64,000 nucleotides of DNA from Chloroflexota bacterium (GCA_027623675.1 JAQBVF010000002.1:1-64000), one strand, 5' to 3'; positions 48,219 to 58,942 are shown, numbered from the stretch's first letter. Numbers and translations: made by a program. Notes: a model not told the origin generated them from the sequence alone.

Positions 48219-50318
48219 ATGCAGAGATTCCGGATTGGCGTGGACATCGGCGGCACGTTCACTGATATCGTCTTTCTGGGCGATGACGGCCAGGTGCTGG
48301 CCCGCAAGGTCGCTAGCACGCCCGGCGACTACAGCCGGGCGGTCCTGAACGGCATCAGCAGCGGCATAGAAGAACTGGGACTGACCGCCGACATGGTGTC
48401 CGAGGTCAGCCACGGCTTCACCGTCGCCACCAACGCCATCATCGAGCAGAAGGGCGCCAAGACCGCCCTGATCACCACCGAGGGCTTCCGGGACGTTCTG
48501 GAGTTCCGGCGCAACCGCATCCCCCGCCTCTACGACCTGCATTACGAGAAGCCGCCGCCCTTGGTCAAGCGGCAATTCCGGCTGGAGGTCGGCGAGCGGC
48601 TGAACTTTCAGGGCGAGGTGCTGAGGCCGCTGAACAAGGCCGACGTGGACCGCGCCGTTAGATACGTGCTGGACAACCGCATCGAGTCGGTGGCCATCTG
48701 CCTGCTGCATTCCTACGCCAACCCGGCACACGAGCAGTACATCGCCCAGGTGTTGACCGAGAAAGCGCCGGGCGTGAACCTCACCATATCCTCGGACCTG
48801 CTTCCTGAGATGAAGGAGTACGAACGCACCAGCACCACGGTGATCAACGGCTACGTCCGTCCGGTGGTCGAGAATTACCTGACACTGCTGACCGGCGGCC
48901 TCACCGAGATGGGCGTCACAGTCCCTCTGACCGTGATGCAGTCCAACGGCGGCCTGGCCACTGCCGACATCGCCAAGGAACGCCCGGTCTACTGCATCGA
49001 ATCCGGCCCGGCCGCCGGAGTGGTGGGGGCCTATCACCTGGGCAAGCGTTTGAACATCGCCAACCTGATGACCCTGGACATGGGCGGGACCACGGCCAAG
49101 GCATCGATCATTGAAGACGGCGAGATGCTGCAGGCCCCCGAGTACGAGGTCGGCGGCGAGATCAGCGTGGGCCACCGGCTGCTGCGCGGCTCGGGCCACA
49201 TCCTGCGGGTGCCGGCCATCGACCTGGCTGAGGTCGGCGCGGGCGGCGGCAGCATCGCCGCCGTTGACCGCAGCGGATCCCTCCGGGTGGGCCCTCAAAG
49301 CTCCGGCGCCGACCCCGGGCCGGCCTGCTACCGGCTGGGCGGACAGGACGCCACCGTGACCGACGCCAATGTGCTACTGGGCTTCTTGCATCCAAAGCAC
49401 CTGCTGGGCGGTGATTTCCAGATCGACTCGGAACTGGCCCGTAAAGCCATCACCGACAATGTGGCGCGGCCCCTTGGCATGTCCGACGTCGAGGCTGCCT
49501 ACGGCATCCACACGTTGGTCAACTCAAACATGGGCCGGGCGCTGCGGGCCGTTTCCAGCGAGCGGGGTCGGGACCCTCGAAGATTTGATCTCATCACCTT
49601 CGGCGGCAGCGGGCCGGTGCACGCCGTGGGCCTAGCCGAGATGCTGGACATCTCTCGGGTGGTGGTGCCGCCATTCCCCGGCGTGTTCAGCTCCTTCGGC
49701 CTGTTGGTGGCCGATGTGGAGCACCATTTCGTGCAGACTTACTTCAAGACCTTTGCTGAACTTGACATAACTGCTTTGGCGGGCTTGCTGGATAGCCTCT
49801 GGGAGCAGGGCCGGAGCCAGCTGCGCCTTGAGGGTTTCGACGACTCCCGCCATGAGGTGGTGACCCAGATAGACATGAAATACGAAGGCCAGGTATCGGA
49901 CCTGACCGTGCCCTTCCCCACCGGCCCCGTCAACCGGCAGACCATCCAGGCAGTGATCGGCGCCTTCGAGGAAGAACACGAGAAGAGCTTCGGGTACAGC
50001 AGCCCCGACTCGGGGTACCAACTGGTCAACGTGCGGGTCATCGCGCGTGGGTTGCCAGAGGTCGCCCGCATGCCGGAGCGGCTGGAACTTCCAAAATCAT
50101 CCAATGGCGCCGGCGATTCCCTAAGGAATGTCTACTTCGGACCCAACAAGGGCTGGTCCAGCGCCCCAGTGGTCGACCGCCAGGCCCTGGCCGGAAACAC
50201 CACCCAAGGACCGCTGATCGTCCAGGAATACGACTCGACCACCGTGGTGCCCCCCGGCTGGAACGCCACCACCGACCGGTGGAGCAACATCGTGCTAGAG
50301 AAAACTCCGGCGGCCTAG
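48219..50318 (+). CDS. hydantoinase/oxoprolinase subunit A
   Basis: GVDIGGTFTD, EYERTSTT, ESGPAAG, DMGGTT, GAGGGS, TVTDAN. Confidence 0.92.
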   Translation: MQRFRIGVDIGGTFTDIVFLGDDGQVLARKVASTPGDYSRAVLNGISSGIEELGLTADMVSEVSHGFTVATNAIIEQKGAKTALITTEGFRDVLEFRRNRIPRLYDLHYEKPPPLVKRQFRLEVGERLNFQGEVLRPLNKADVDRAVRYVLDNRIESVAICLLHSYANPAHEQYIAQVLTEKAPGVNLTISSDLLPEMKEYERTSTTVINGYVRPVVENYLTLLTGGLTEMGVTVPLTVMQSNGGLATADIAKERPVYCIESGPAAGVVGAYHLGKRLNIANLMTLDMGGTTAKASIIEDGEMLQAPEYEVGGEISVGHRLLRGSGHILRVPAIDLAEVGAGGGSIAAVDRSGSLRVGPQSSGADPGPACYRLGGQDATVTDANVLLGFLHPKHLLGGDFQIDSELARKAITDNVARPLGMSDVEAAYGIHTLVNSNMGRALRAVSSERGRDPRRFDLITFGGSGPVHAVGLAEMLDISRVVVPPFPGVFSSFGLLVADVEHHFVQTYFKTFAELDITALAGLLDSLWEQGRSQLRLEGFDDSRHEVVTQIDMKYEGQVSDLTVPFPTGPVNRQTIQAVIGAFEEEHEKSFGYSSPDSGYQLVNVRVIARGLPEVARMPERLELPKSSNGAGDSLRNVYFGPNKGWSSAPVVDRQALAGNTTQGPLIVQEYDSTTVVPPGWNATTDRWSNIVLEKTPAA

Positions 50319-50371
50319 ATTTGCTAGCACGGACCAGTAAACCCGTACCCGCAATCCCGAAAGGAGCCCCC

Positions 50372-52108
50372 ATGCAACAGGTCACCGATCCGGTCACGAG
50401 AGAAGTAATCAAGAATGCCCTGATGAGCACCGCCGACACCATGGCGTTGACGGTGGTGCGCACGGCCCGGTCCGCGGTGATCAAGCACGGCATGGACTTC
50501 TCCACCTCACTGTTCAACGCCGAGGGACAGCAGGTGGCCCAGGGGCTAACCCTGCCGCCCCATCTGGGCTCCATGGCGCCGGCGCTGGAAGGGGTGATGA
50601 ACGCCTTTGGCGACGACGTGCTGCCGGGTGACATCTTCGCCAACAACGACCCCTATGAAGGAGCCAGCCACCTGCCCGACATCTTCCTGTTCAAGCCCAT
50701 ATTCAAGAATGACGTATTGGTCGGCTGGAGCTGCTGCATCGGCCATCAGACGGACATCGGCGGCCGCGTGGCCGGAGGCAACGCCTGCGACAACACCGAG
50801 ATATACCAGGAGGGACTGATCCTGCCGCCCCTCAAGCTCTACGAAAAGGGCGAATTGAACAAGGCGGTCTGGCGCATCCTGGAGAAGAACGTGCGGGTGC
50901 CCGACAAGGTGTTGGGCGACGTTCAAGCCCTGCTGGCCGCGGTACGGTTCGGCGAGCGCGACCTGCTGCGGCTGGTGGACGACTACGGCCTGGAAGAGCT
51001 GAAAAGCTATATGACCGACATCCTGGACACCACGGAGCGCCTGACCAGGGCCGAGATAGAGCTATTGCCCCAGGGCGAGTGGGAGTTCACCGACTACATC
51101 GACAACGACGGCATCGACCTCCATCCCATCGCGATACACGCCAAAGTGAAGATCGAGGGCGGCGAATTCTTTGTGGACTTTGACGGCACATCGCCCCAGG
51201 CCAAGGGCTCGATCAACCTCAACTTCGCCTACACCAAGTCCAACGTCTACGCCGTGATGAAATGCCTCATCGACCCGGCCATCCAGTCCAACAGCGGTTT
51301 TTTCCGGCCCTTCAACATCACCGCTCCCGAGGGCTGCTTCGTTAACCCGCAGCATCCGGCGCCGGTGGCCGCGCGGGGGCTGGCCGGGTTCCGCATCTGC
51401 CAGACCATCTTCGGGGCGATGGCCCAGGCCCTGCCCGGCAAGGTCCCGGCGGCCTGGGGCGGTGGCGAGATCGGCGTTAGCTGGGGCGGTTATTATCCCA
51501 ACCGCAAAGCCTGGGTTTACCTGGAGTTCGCCAACGATGGCCCCCGAGGCGGCGGGCCACAACTGGACGGCGCCGACGGACTGGCCGCGCCCATCTTGAA
51601 CATGGCCAACACGCCCATCGAGAGCATCGAGTCGGAGCAGCCGCTGATGGTGGAACGCTACGGTTTCGTGCCCGACACCGGCGGCGCGGGCAAGTACCGG
51701 GGCGGCCTGGGCATCGAGCGGGAGTTCCGTCTGCTGGCCGAGGACGCCACGTTCCAGTTGCGTTCCGACCGGACGGACTTCACCCCCTGGGGGGTCCTGG
51801 GCGGCAAGCCGGGCACCCCCACCGAGAACTACCTGAACCCCGGCACCGACTGCGAGGAGAAGCTGCCCGGCAAGACCCTGCGCCAACTCAAGAAGGGCGA
51901 CCTCTACCGGGTGGTGCAGGCCGGCGCGGGCGGCTACGGCAACCCGCTGGAGCGGGACATGCACGCGGTGGCCGACGACGTGGAACAGGAGAAGCTATCT
52001 GCGGAATACGTCCGCCGGGAGTACGGCGTGGTGGTGGACCCCAAGACCTTTGCTTTGGATGTGTCAGCCACCGAGAAGCTGCGCGCGGAGATGGCGGCCG
52101 GGGATTGA
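50372..52108 (+). CDS. hydantoinase B/oxoprolinase subunit
   Basis: NDPY...HLPD, H..DIGG, EIYQEG, GGAGKYRGG, GGYGNP; AAGGAG RBS. Confidence 0.92.
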   Translation: MQQVTDPVTREVIKNALMSTADTMALTVVRTARSAVIKHGMDFSTSLFNAEGQQVAQGLTLPPHLGSMAPALEGVMNAFGDDVLPGDIFANNDPYEGASHLPDIFLFKPIFKNDVLVGWSCCIGHQTDIGGRVAGGNACDNTEIYQEGLILPPLKLYEKGELNKAVWRILEKNVRVPDKVLGDVQALLAAVRFGERDLLRLVDDYGLEELKSYMTDILDTTERLTRAEIELLPQGEWEFTDYIDNDGIDLHPIAIHAKVKIEGGEFFVDFDGTSPQAKGSINLNFAYTKSNVYAVMKCLIDPAIQSNSGFFRPFNITAPEGCFVNPQHPAPVAARGLAGFRICQTIFGAMAQALPGKVPAAWGGGEIGVSWGGYYPNRKAWVYLEFANDGPRGGGPQLDGADGLAAPILNMANTPIESIESEQPLMVERYGFVPDTGGAGKYRGGLGIEREFRLLAEDATFQLRSDRTDFTPWGVLGGKPGTPTENYLNPGTDCEEKLPGKTLRQLKKGDLYRVVQAGAGGYGNPLERDMHAVADDVEQEKLSAEYVRREYGVVVDPKTFALDVSATEKLRAEMAAGD

Positions 52109-52113
52109 TCTTA

Positions 52114-52141
52114 CGGGGAACATTCGGCGGGGAACATTCGG
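52114..52141 (+). repeat. 14-bp direct duplication
   Basis: CGGGGAACATTCGG twice in tandem. Confidence 0.7.
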
Positions 52142-52163
52142 CGCCAAAGCACGCAAGATAGAT

Positions 52164-52194
52164 AAAAAGCTCCCGGCTTGCGCCAGGAGCTTTT
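52164..52194. terminator. bidirectional terminator
   Basis: AAAAAGCTCCCGGC-TTGC-GCCAGGAGCTTTT between convergent genes. Confidence 0.7.
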
Positions 52195-52240
52195 CTGCCC
52201 CCTAAGAGTAATTTCGCTTAGGGATTCTGATGGTCCTTGG

Positions 52241-52822
52241 TCAGCGGCCCATGACCTTCATGGAGCCATCCACGGGGTTGTACTGAAAACGCGTCACCCG
52301 ATCTAACTTCTGGGATTCCAGGCGAACGACCAGCGTGCGGTCGTCTTCCACGTTCAGGGTGTCGTGAATCTCGCCGGGCATGAAGTAGGCCACCGAGCCG
52401 TCTTCCTGCACGAACCGGCCATGCTCCACGATCTGGGCCTTCTCCACACCCTCACCGGGGAACGCCCAACGCCATTTCCGCTGCTGGATGGCGCCTTTGT
52501 AGACGCCGTAGACCACCCAGGTAACTCCGTGGTCATGGGGCAGGTTGTCTTGGCCTGGCTTTTGGACCGAGGCCATGAGCCACCAGCCGTTGCCGGGGTG
52601 CCCGGTCTCCTCGTCCAGATGCAGGGAGAACCGGCCGTAGCCGCCCTCTTCCGGAAGTTCCAGCTTCTCTTCCAACCAACCGGGGACCGCGAGCAACCGC
52701 TTCAATAACCCAGCCACGGTCTTCGCCTGAACATGGGGGTCGGATTCATTCCTAAAGATGTCTCTAACATCTTCTACGAAGGCTTCCATGGTGTAATTGG
52801 TCGTCTGCGTCTGTGCCATCAC
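52241..52822 (-). CDS. cupin (cysteine dioxygenase-like) protein
   Basis: PHDHG..W..YGVY.G and GEIH metal ligands. Confidence 0.72.
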   Translation of the reverse strand: MMAQTQTTNYTMEAFVEDVRDIFRNESDPHVQAKTVAGLLKRLLAVPGWLEEKLELPEEGGYGRFSLHLDEETGHPGNGWWLMASVQKPGQDNLPHDHGVTWVVYGVYKGAIQQRKWRWAFPGEGVEKAQIVEHGRFVQEDGSVAYFMPGEIHDTLNVEDDRTLVVRLESQKLDRVTRFQYNPVDGSMKVMGR

Positions 52823-53165
52823 GATCCTCCAATCAGTCCAATCTTGGGTCTCGGCGATTGTAAGTATTTCATTCTGATGGGATGACGCCGCGGTGTCAAC
52901 GTGACATCCGTGATATTACAGCCTGGGGATAATCGCCGATCTGTTAATGGTAACTGGTCGCGGACCTCGTTATCCGGCGCTCAAGTCGTCAACCGATCGA
53001 TCTCGGCCTTCCCCGTGAAGCAAGCGATTGAGCACCCGGGGATGCACCCTAAGAACCAACCGGTAGATGATCGCTGGCGTTTTTAGCTGGCCGGGGCTAT
53101 CATATGCGCACCATTTTCCCGGCATCCGGTACTCAATCTGACCCTGGAATATAGGAGGTTACCCG

Positions 53166-54152
53166 ATGGCTAACGACTTTACGATCCTGGTAGGCACAGT
53201 CGGTCAAGGGATGAACGTAAGCGGCGACAGCGGCGAGACCTGGACAAAGATCCGGCAGCCGATCCCCACGGAGTGCAGCATTCGGGCGCTCCGCACCTAC
53301 CCCAACGACCCTCACCGGATACTGGCCGGTTCCGACGGACATGGCCTGTTCCGCAGCGACGACAACGGCATCAGTTGGGAGAGTGTTGACTCGCCCATCG
53401 GCGACCTGCAGATCTGGTCGGTGGCCGTTGACCCATCCAACCCTGAGACCATCTTTGCGGGCACCCGCCCCGAGGGCTTCCGCTCCCGCGACGGCGGCAA
53501 GAGTTGGGACAAGCTGTCCATGGGCGTTAACAAGGAGTGCCCCATCGGCACGCCCCGCACGACCAATGTCATCGTTGACCCCCGCGACAGCAACACCATC
53601 TGGGCCGGCATCGAGGTCGATGGCGTCTACAAGAGCATGGACGGCGGCGACAATTGGGTGCACATGCCCAACCTGGGTCCCGACCCGTTCCACGGCGACA
53701 TCCACGGTATGGCAGTGAAGCCCGGCGCCAACTCGGCCGTCTATTGCACCAGCCCCTTCGGTTTCGCCACCAGCCTGGACGAGGGCGAGAGCTGGGACTA
53801 TCACTACTTCCCCAAGTTCAACCCCGAAGACGCCCGCTCGTACTGCCGCGGCATGATCATCAAGCCCGACAACCCCGATGTCATGTACGTGGGCAACGGC
53901 GACTTCATCCCCGGCGTCATCGGCACGGTCCAGATGACCAAGGACGCTGGCAAGACCTGGGCCCCGGCCAACCTGCCCGTGGAGCCCAACTCGGTGGTCT
54001 ACTGGCTGGCCAACAACCCTGAGATTCCCAACGTTGTCGCCGCGGCTACCCTCTTCGGCTACGTCTACGTGAGCGAAGACGGCGGTGACACCTGGAGTAA
54101 GCTCCGCAAAGAGTTCGGTGAGATCCGGTCTCTGGCCGTCACCCCCAACTAA
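53166..54152 (+). CDS. BNR/Asp-box beta-propeller protein
   Basis: Repeated S.D.G.(T/S)W boxes (SDDNGISW, SRDGGKSW, SMDGGDNW, SEDGGDTW). Confidence 0.82.
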   Translation: MANDFTILVGTVGQGMNVSGDSGETWTKIRQPIPTECSIRALRTYPNDPHRILAGSDGHGLFRSDDNGISWESVDSPIGDLQIWSVAVDPSNPETIFAGTRPEGFRSRDGGKSWDKLSMGVNKECPIGTPRTTNVIVDPRDSNTIWAGIEVDGVYKSMDGGDNWVHMPNLGPDPFHGDIHGMAVKPGANSAVYCTSPFGFATSLDEGESWDYHYFPKFNPEDARSYCRGMIIKPDNPDVMYVGNGDFIPGVIGTVQMTKDAGKTWAPANLPVEPNSVVYWLANNPEIPNVVAAATLFGYVYVSEDGGDTWSKLRKEFGEIRSLAVTPN

Positions 54153-54183
54153 GAACCCAAGCGGACCCAGATCAAGGCAGATC

Positions 54184-54221
54184 AAGAGGGGCGTCCCGGT
54201 GTGTCGGGACGCCCCTCTTTT
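54184..54221. terminator. intrinsic terminator
   Basis: AAGAGGGGCGTCCCG-GTGTGT-CGGGACGCCCCTCTTTT. Confidence 0.75.
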
Positions 54222-54257
54222 CGTCGTTCATCCGCTGGACTTAGCCCGCCGGCCCGA

Positions 54258-55670
54258 TCAACTCTCCGGTCTGCCCCGGCTGAGACCCAAACTGGCGAAG
54301 ATGGCGATGGCCGCGGCGCCTAGGGATAGGATGAACACCAGTCCCAAGCCGCCCACATCGGACTTATCCGCGCCCAAAATCGCCGCGATCACGGCCGAGC
54401 CGATGATGCTGCCAAGATATCTGCTCGTCGAATAGAGTCCGGCCGCCGAACCCGAGTCCTTGCGGCTAACCGCCTCCACCGCCGACGTCTGCAGTCCGGG
54501 GGTGGACAGACCCAAGCCAAGGCCCACCAGTGACAGTCCCGCCAAGAGTTGGGATAGCGACACATCCTGACCGGCCAAAGCGATTGGCACCACGCCAACA
54601 GTCAACAGCACCATCCCGGCGGTGGTTGGCAGACGCCGCCCAAGACGGTCGATCATGCGGCCTCCGGCGAAAGACGAGACCACCATCCCGGCCGACATCG
54701 CCGTCAGGATCAGTCCGATACGCAATGAAGAATCGTCCCTGGCCGATAGGAGCAACGGTATCGCGATCAGCAGGGAATACATCGACAGATTGGCGAATCC
54801 TATCCCGGCGGCAGCGGCGCTGAATGACCTATTCAGGAAGAAATTAAGCTGGACTATCGGGTCGGGTTGACGCCTTTCGTACCAACCGAAGGCGATGGCG
54901 CCCACTGCCACGATCGGTATTCCGACGGCGATCAGCAACACCTCCGCGCCCTTGGAGAAGGAGATCAATATCCAAGCGGCGGCCACCAGAACGACGGGCA
55001 AGGCCATCGCGCCGAAGATATCGAAGCCGGGCTTGGCGGGAGTGGCCGCGATGGAAGGAAGCGCCTTGAAGCCGATCAATAAAGCAGGGGCGACGAATAT
55101 TAAGTTGACATAAAATATGGACCGCCACCCTGCCAGTTCCACCAGCAGCCCGCCCAGGGGCGGCCCGCCCGCCGCCGCCACCGCTATGCCAGCCCCAAGC
55201 AGACCGAACCCAGCCCCACGGCGGTGCGCCGGCAGTATCTCCCTTAGCAAGGCTGAACTGTTGGGCACGATCAGCGCCGCGCAGACGGCCTGCAACACCC
55301 GGAAGGCCAGCAGCAATGACAGTGATGGGGACAGCGCCGCTCCGATGGAAACGAACCCGAAGACCGATAGGCCGCTGAGCACCATGTTGCGGTGGCCGAA
55401 ACGGTCGCCCAATTTGCCCGCCAGAGGCTGCAGTGACGCCATGGAGATCAGATACGCGGTGATGAGCCAGCCGGCGCTGGTGATGGCCACATCGAAGTCC
55501 GTCATGATATCGGGAAGGGCCACCGCGATCATGGTGGAATTCAGCGGGGCCAGAACGATGCCAAGCATGACCGTCAGTAAGATGAGGCGCTCGCCCCTGA
55601 CGGTCATGCCGGCCGGTTCCGTGCCTGCCCCCGTATCCGCGGGTTTGGTGGGCTCAGCCTCTGGAGTCAA
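54258..55670 (-). CDS. MFS drug:H+ antiporter (DHA2-like)
   Basis: LNSTMIAVALP, GKLGDRFG, GPPLGG, WRSIFYVN. Confidence 0.88.
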   Translation of the reverse strand: MTPEAEPTKPADTGAGTEPAGMTVRGERLILLTVMLGIVLAPLNSTMIAVALPDIMTDFDVAITSAGWLITAYLISMASLQPLAGKLGDRFGHRNMVLSGLSVFGFVSIGAALSPSLSLLLAFRVLQAVCAALIVPNSSALLREILPAHRRGAGFGLLGAGIAVAAAGGPPLGGLLVELAGWRSIFYVNLIFVAPALLIGFKALPSIAATPAKPGFDIFGAMALPVVLVAAAWILISFSKGAEVLLIAVGIPIVAVGAIAFGWYERRQPDPIVQLNFFLNRSFSAAAAGIGFANLSMYSLLIAIPLLLSARDDSSLRIGLILTAMSAGMVVSSFAGGRMIDRLGRRLPTTAGMVLLTVGVVPIALAGQDVSLSQLLAGLSLVGLGLGLSTPGLQTSAVEAVSRKDSGSAAGLYSTSRYLGSIIGSAVIAAILGADKSDVGGLGLVFILSLGAAAIAIFASLGLSRGRPES

Positions 55671-57288
55671 TCCTCACGATTCCCTTGGCCCCGTCGACTG
55701 TCAGGGTCATACCGTCGGTGATGACTGCCGTGCCCACTACCGTGCCGACCACGCAGGGCATCTTGTACTCCCGGGATACGATGGCGCAGTGGCTGAGCGG
55801 ACCGCCGGTGTCGGCGACCACCGCCCCCGCGATGGAGAAAAGAGGAGTCCAGGGGGGCATGGTCATCTCGCAAACCATGATGTCGCCCTGCTCAAGCTTG
55901 CTGGCCTCGGCCAGGGTGCGCACCACCTTCGCGGTCCCCTGAATGGTCCCCGGAGAAGCGCCCAATCCCTGGATGATATCCGGGTCTCGGCTTGGTTCCG
56001 GAGGCACGCCGAAGAACTTGGCGAATCCGTTGCCCAGTGGGTCACCTTCGCCTTCGTGTGCGGGCGGCTCTCCGATCACCGGCATGGGCACGATCTTCGA
56101 CCATCTGTCAATCTCGCCCATCCGCTCTGCGACCAACGCTCTCTGGTCCGTGCCGGAAAACGCCGACTTGATCTCTTCAAAGGTCAGATGGAAGACATCG
56201 TTCTGCTCCTTGATCGCGCCCTTTTCAGCAAGACGGCGGCCCATCTCCAAGATGGGAAGACGCATCACCGAGTTCCCCCGCTGGTCGATGTAGTAGTTGT
56301 GATTCTCGGTGATCGTCGCAAAGGGCTCGGCCAGGTGGTAGAGATTATTGAATTTCTCGAGTTGTTCGGGCTGACTCGAAAGGGTTTCCCTGGCCGTTGC
56401 CAGCAATTCTTCCCGCCTTTTTACCGCCTGCTGATACTTAACATCCGGGTCGTGGGTGTCGTCCAGGCGCATGTATCCCTGGATGGCGTTCAGGGGCACC
56501 TTGGGGTCTTCTCTCCAGGTGGGGTCGGCCAGTTCGAATGCGTCCGACCGCCAGCCAAACTCATCCAGATATTCTCGGAACGCCGCCAGGAATCCGCGGC
56601 CCTCCTCGGTGGCTTCCATCTCGAGCAGCAACTGGTCAGGTTGATGTTGCTCAAATAGTTGCCTCAGCGCGGTGCTTCGATTGACCCTGCGGCCCAGAGC
56701 CCACATGGCGCGCCCGGCATCGAGAGAGAGCGTGGGGTAACCCTGAAGCGCCTCGTAGGCCTCGGTGGGGTCTTCAGGGTCCATGAACTCGTTGTAGAAA
56801 TCCACGAACATGCCGGCGCTGGCGATGACAAAATTGATCTTCCCGTGGACCACATACCGGGCGATAAACTCCTGCTGCATCTGTTCCAGCGTCTGGATCA
56901 GTTCCTGGTCGCTGAGGGCGGTGTAGTCCCGGTCCATCGAGGATTTCAAACCGGGCAGGATCGAGGGCAACCATTCTTCCTCCCATAGCTTTCCCATGTT
57001 CGGCAGTACGGTCCCCAGGTTTTCTTTGTAACGGCCCACACGCTGCTCGATGGTTTCTTCGCCTAGGTCCTGGGGGACCAACGCGATGTAGGCATAGGTA
57101 TTGATGTTCCGGTAGACCACGCCCGCCGGGCAGGCGAATTCGTTCATGCCGCCGGTGAACCCAGCGGAGATAGCCGAGTTGAACAGGTCCTGGGTTAGGG
57201 TCGTCTGGGGCCTGGGGCAATGCATCTTGTCCCATTGCCAGAATCCTTCCATGTCCGAGGGGATCGGAAGATCAGTTTGGGCCGTCAT
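55654..57288 (-). CDS. PEP-utilising His-swivel domain protein (rifampin phosphotransferase C-terminal-half-like)
   Basis: GLGASPG...G.AKVV, T.P.WTPLF, GGPLSHCAIVSRE; long helical N-domain; no TIM barrel. Confidence 0.82.
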   Translation of the reverse strand: MTAQTDLPIPSDMEGFWQWDKMHCPRPQTTLTQDLFNSAISAGFTGGMNEFACPAGVVYRNINTYAYIALVPQDLGEETIEQRVGRYKENLGTVLPNMGKLWEEEWLPSILPGLKSSMDRDYTALSDQELIQTLEQMQQEFIARYVVHGKINFVIASAGMFVDFYNEFMDPEDPTEAYEALQGYPTLSLDAGRAMWALGRRVNRSTALRQLFEQHQPDQLLLEMEATEEGRGFLAAFREYLDEFGWRSDAFELADPTWREDPKVPLNAIQGYMRLDDTHDPDVKYQQAVKRREELLATARETLSSQPEQLEKFNNLYHLAEPFATITENHNYYIDQRGNSVMRLPILEMGRRLAEKGAIKEQNDVFHLTFEEIKSAFSGTDQRALVAERMGEIDRWSKIVPMPVIGEPPAHEGEGDPLGNGFAKFFGVPPEPSRDPDIIQGLGASPGTIQGTAKVVRTLAEASKLEQGDIMVCEMTMPPWTPLFSIAGAVVADTGGPLSHCAIVSREYKMPCVVGTVVGTAVITDGMTLTVDGAKGIVRIDSRG

Positions 57289-57366
57289 TTGACACTCCAT
57301 TTCGATGTTGAATATTTGCCGTTGGTTTTGCCGGGGCGCTAAACCCATAAAATGCGAAAGGAAACG

Positions 57367-58245
57367 CTAAAGCGTGGTGATTGGTCTGCATTGAAGGAGA
57401 TAGAGCTCGTTGGCGTGATAAGCGAACTCCAGGTCCACCGGCCAACCCATCTCCCGTTCCAGGTCTATGGCTAATTGAGCGATCTCCGCGGTCTGTACGG
57501 CGTCCAACGTTGCAGACTCGCGTCGAGCGCGTGGCACTCTCACTTCTTCGGTGCCGCCTTCGGCCAAAACCGTCATTACGCCCTTTTCACCGATGTAACT
57601 AGCTTTAACCTTGAGGTCTTTCTTCTGCACCACCAAGGTGTCCGGAGTCACCTTGCCCGACACCACGCTCTCGCCCAACCCCCAGGTGGCGTTGATCATG
57701 ACCTCGTCCCGATCGCCGCTGATGGGGTTGGCGCTGAAAACCACCCCCGAGATCTCCGCCGGAACCAACTGCTGCACCAGAACGGCCACCCCCAGGCTTT
57801 CCGCGGGCAGGCCATGCTCCTCCCGATAGCTGGCCATCCTTTCGCCTCCTGCCGAGTCCCAGCATTTGACGATGGCCTCCGAAACGGCTTTCGAACCCCG
57901 GACGTTCAGGTAGGTGTCATATTGCCCGGCGAAAGACGAGGTGAGTCCATCTTCGTCCAGGGCCGAGGACCTGACAGCCACCGCCGGTTCTTCGAGGCCG
58001 CACCTGGATGCCATCACCTGGTACTCCCGCAAGACGGCATCATGGAGTTCCACGGGCATCGTCCGCTGCGGCGACGCCGCTTCTTGAACTCCGGCGAACC
58101 ACCGGTTGTACAGCTCCGGCGTCAGGCAGAACCCAGCCGGCACCCTGAATCCGGCAGCCAAGCGGCTCAGGTTGGCCGCTTTGCCACCGACCCGTCCGGT
58201 CTCATGGCAGTCTCCGTCGCCAAGCCACAGGATAGTCATGCGCAC
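57367..58245 (-). CDS. PPDK/PEP-synthase N-terminal ATP-grasp domain protein
   Basis: GGKAANL, AVRSSA..ED....SFAGQYDT.LN, WGLGE.VVSG, LLQCRPIT. Confidence 0.9.
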   Translation of the reverse strand: MRMTILWLGDGDCHETGRVGGKAANLSRLAAGFRVPAGFCLTPELYNRWFAGVQEAASPQRTMPVELHDAVLREYQVMASRCGLEEPAVAVRSSALDEDGLTSSFAGQYDTYLNVRGSKAVSEAIVKCWDSAGGERMASYREEHGLPAESLGVAVLVQQLVPAEISGVVFSANPISGDRDEVMINATWGLGESVVSGKVTPDTLVVQKKDLKVKASYIGEKGVMTVLAEGGTEEVRVPRARRESATLDAVQTAEIAQLAIDLEREMGWPVDLEFAYHANELYLLQCRPITTL

Positions 58246-58377
58246 CTCGATCGGTGTTGAGTAGTTAGTTGATCAGGTAGTTTAGCAGGTAGTTGACTCC
58301 GCAACTGTTGCATTGTAACCGAAAATGGAGCGATAAGCTATCGGGTAATTGTTTCTTTTGGACCGGAGTTAACCGGT

Positions 58378-58767
58378 CTATAGAGCAGCCAGGCCCACGC
58401 GGGCACAGTCTTCGTCCTGCTGAGAGGTCCCGCCGCTGCCGCCGATGGCCCCGATGACCACGCCGTCTTGGATGATGGCCAGAGCGCCCTGTGCCGGGAT
58501 GATGCGTCCGTTCTGGGTGGCCATGATGGCCTGTACCACCGGCGAATCGGCGGGAATGGCGCTGCTATCCCGCCCGAATCCCACGGCGCCAACCGCCTTG
58601 CCCTGCGCCGCCACCGCGCTGATGAATATGGCCCCCTCCATCCGGTTGAAGGCCAACAGATGCCCGCCGGCGTCGCAGACGGACACGCTCAGTTTGATGT
58701 TCATCCGCTCCGCCTCGGCGATGGCCGCCGCTACCATCCTATTGGCGTCGCTCAAAGTCAGTGCCAT
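58378..58767 (-). CDS. GlcG/HbpS family heme-binding protein
   Basis: SV.D.GGHL..F.RM, A.GKA, IGAIG.SGG..QQD...A. Confidence 0.85.
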   Translation of the reverse strand: MALTLSDANRMVAAAIAEAERMNIKLSVSVCDAGGHLLAFNRMEGAIFISAVAAQGKAVGAVGFGRDSSAIPADSPVVQAIMATQNGRIIPAQGALAIIQDGVVIGAIGGSGGTSQQDEDCARVGLAAL

Positions 58768-58913
58768 ATTGATTTCCTCCCAATGATAATCACCGGTGCT
58801 ACTGAAAAATCACGCCCCAATATTACCCCCAGACTCCATCCCCCACAACATGACCCTCAGCGTGCACTCAGCAGCGCCCAAAGCACGGCCAGCAACCGGG
58901 CGATGATAAAAGG

Positions 58914-58942
58914 TTGCCACTATAATTCCCAATGACTATAAT
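58914..58942 (+). promoter_or_regulatory. sigma70 promoter upstream of the LLM gene
   Basis: TTGCCA-17 nt-TATAAT. Confidence 0.6.

Noticed and set aside
55654..58245. PEP synthase (ppsA) or PPDK
   Set aside because: No C-terminal PEP/pyruvate TIM-barrel domain; domain order matches RPH-like enzymes.
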